Below are positions 35,101-35,810 of a stretch of DNA of 35,810 nt, piece after piece. This DNA comes from Deltaproteobacteria bacterium. GTDB taxonomy: Bacteria > Bdellovibrionota_B > Oligoflexia > Oligoflexales > RGVZ01. The DNA is taken from NCBI GenBank assembly GCA_040381655.1, contig JBEIGW010000002.1:1-35810 (forward strand), written 5' to 3'. Position numbers and translations under genes: made by a program. Numbering within the stretch: the stretch's first letter is position 1; every line of letters starts with the position of its first letter. The notes under the pieces are model-generated. The model searched no databases, was not told where the DNA came from, and worked only from the letters and a program-made list of their open reading frames with translations.

Positions 35101-35493
35101 GTAGCTATCGAAAATGCCACTGTATTGGTTGGTATTTTGAGTAGCAATCTTTTCTGGTGGTGGTACACCATCACATCAAACCTGCGCGATCTAAATCCAA
35201 CCGACATTCAGGAGTTTCCTTTGCCTCGCGCAGCCTTAGCTTCGCCAGAGATCAAATCTTTGTCAATGGAATACATACAAGATTTGAAGCGAAATAGCGT
35301 AATGCTTGCGCGAAATCAAAAGTCTACGGGAAGAACTGAAACCCAAAGTTTCAAAATTAGAACATCAAAATCCATAATAGACAGCATTGATATCGAGCTT
35401 GGGAAACTACTGTGTTTAGGAGATGATGAGATCGATTTCATAGTCAACTATGACATAAAGTATCGTATGGGCACGTCCGACGAGGAAGAATGA
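32134..35493 (+). CDS. large N6-adenine DNA methyltransferase (Eco57I/type IIG-like MTase + target-recognition region, no nuclease domain recognised)
   Basis: 1119 aa. GTG start at 32134, 4 nt after the SNF2 stop, with an alternative ATG at 32155. Motifs: LMLNRLMFVYFIQQKGFL...YLNGGLF, GAYYTKEDIT, motif I ILDPTCGSGAFLF, FGVDIMAEAVEICKLRLFLKL, and motif IV VVIGNPPYLE. The C-terminal ~350 aa are variable and TRD-like. Confidence 0.92.
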   Translation: MLNNKEKMTIDAAQFQKLLNEFQLSRLFVNELGWDNPNLRDQPVLVNGHTFTLTHVAHKRGVAVFMCSPDALGSVPPRATLLKIEKEATKLSYEHLLIFVDSSQKVMTWLWVARVPGQPAATRTHTWHKGTSGEALRQKLNQIVWSLEEEEAITLTDVIKGLRSAFDRDRVSKRFYDYFKSEHQAFSEFIQGIEAATDQAWYASLMLNRLMFVYFIQQKGFLDGNPNYLSDRMATVREQAGKGKFHTFYRQFLLRLFHEGLGQHKRTRVTDLSKLIGDVPYLNGGLFDVHELEVAHPDIDIPDEAFQRLFTFFDAYDWHLDDRPLSSGSEINPDVLGYIFEKYINQKQMGAYYTKEDITEYISKTTVIPHLLDQARERCKVAFEGDSSVWSLLKSDPDRYIYPAMKIGVIDACAEVVPVNVLPDFVQTGIFNPTARMFERSYNLGEAAFQFTASNGVMQRGTLPTETWREYVERRSRCLAIRDKLSRGEVKSAEDLITLNLDIRQFMQDLIDTCNSPDLLRAIWQAIVGRLAERSNDKFRHGIAILDPTCGSGAFLFAALNVLEPLYEACLDRMEGFVEDAKKLGKSGDADFIKILEEVGHHHSRSYFIYKNIILHNLFGVDIMAEAVEICKLRLFLKLVSQVDAGRELEPLPDIDFNIRAGNTLVGYATEAQFDAANTLASDQTHRAEIKASTADLADAFDFFRQQQTVHGGKVTADDKRKLRDKLNGLSLELDRYLAQDYGIDPKKKNEFTAWRASHQPFHWFAEFYGVMRDGGFDVVIGNPPYLEVREVEYSLGTFASRDTNAIHAMCMERSCDLLSPSGAISMIVPLALPSTQRMQVVQKIIEQKRSAWFSNFAWRPAKLFDTVNRALTIFVALSSTAPRSASTKYIKWTSTDRNGLFERLVYAEVDRIRPSFWVPKLGTSIETTILSKLMLADSKARNFFGRSQGRVYYRSTGGLYWKVFTDFAPAFSVNGKSGSSSRETSFSTVAIENATVLVGILSSNLFWWWYTITSNLRDLNPTDIQEFPLPRAALASPEIKSLSMEYIQDLKRNSVMLARNQKSTGRTETQSFKIRTSKSIIDSIDIELGKLLCLGDDEIDFIVNYDIKYRMGTSDEEE

Positions 35494-35810
35494 AACCTAC
35501 GCCTATTCTCTTTTTTGAGGCCTTTCAAATTAGTGCATCAAGAAAAGATGCTTTGAAAAGACCGTCCGATGGAACACTACTACAAATTTAATTGAGACAT
35601 TCTTGAGGGAGTGACGGCCATAGGAAAAAATACGACATAGTATTGGGCTCTGAGGTCCTTAAAAAACGGATCAAATTCTCAGGATTTGTATTTGCAGGCC
35701 AAACACACCTAACCACTAATTTTGCTCTGGTCAAGATACTGTGCTGTTTGGTGTGACCTGATATTCGAATCACTGTATGGGATTGAAAGCTTGCACGAAA
35801 AGGTAGGCAA

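Noticed and set aside
35535-35554. GCATC-aagaaaa-GATGC followed by TTT, downstream of the MTase gene.
   Set aside because: A 5-bp stem is not convincing as an intrinsic terminator.
35588-35773. 61-aa minus-strand ORF at the window end.
   Set aside because: It has no SD and no motif, and it lies in otherwise non-coding-looking DNA. It is likely spurious.
28734-35810. Calling the SNF2 + MTase pair a complete class 1 DISARM system.
   Set aside because: No DrmA (DUF1998-associated helicase) or DrmB gene is visible, and the 317 nt after the MTase stop contain no plus-strand ORF. Only a DISARM-like partial resemblance can be supported from this window.
1-35810. Calling the whole window an integrative element or prophage.
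   Set aside because: No integrase, transposase, tRNA gene or flanking direct repeats are visible within the window, and an apparently normal dnaB lies inside it. Only accessory-like gene content and a mosaic composition can be stated.

Overview
This is a 35.8 kb, gene-dense, moderately AT-rich bacterial segment that looks proteobacterial and accessory in character. I support about 30 protein-coding genes. I found no rRNA, tRNA, CRISPR array, transposase or integrase. Only dnaB (9014-10393) is clearly housekeeping.

The most interesting signal is regulatory. A gapped palindrome, GGCTCA-N5-TGAGC(C/T), occurs five times. All five copies lie in the four divergent promoter regions, and each has a -10-like hexamer at a fixed 10-nt distance. 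Two paralogous WYL-domain regulators (12308-13279 and 24363-25340) are encoded beside these sites, so most of the window may form one regulon. The operons behind the sites are:
- (i) WYL regulator, 4-TM protein, a 1162-aa Cas4-like nuclease / RNase-H-like / SF1B helicase, and two small AT-rich ORFs.
- (ii) A 449-aa helical protein of unknown function plus an Hsp70-family NBD-only ATPase, possibly followed by the second WYL gene.
- (iii) Divergent from (ii), a PLD-nuclease/SNF2-helicase fusion plus a large N6-adenine methyltransferase. This is a DISARM-class-1-like or split type-ISP-like module, preceded by a decayed excisionase-type HTH gene.
- (iv) A SprT-like metalloprotease with two operator copies.
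- (v) A secreted Gly-rich tandem-repeat protein, a possible YbjN-like protein and an ExoX-like DEDDh exonuclease.
- (vi) A cluster of unknown genes that includes a RelA/SpoT-type HD hydrolase.

Two modules lack the motif: a VIT-vWA / exported transglutaminase-like / 158-aa operon, and a DUF2130 + YacP/NYN-nuclease pair.

All functional calls rest on motifs I recognised by eye in the translations. No database search was possible.
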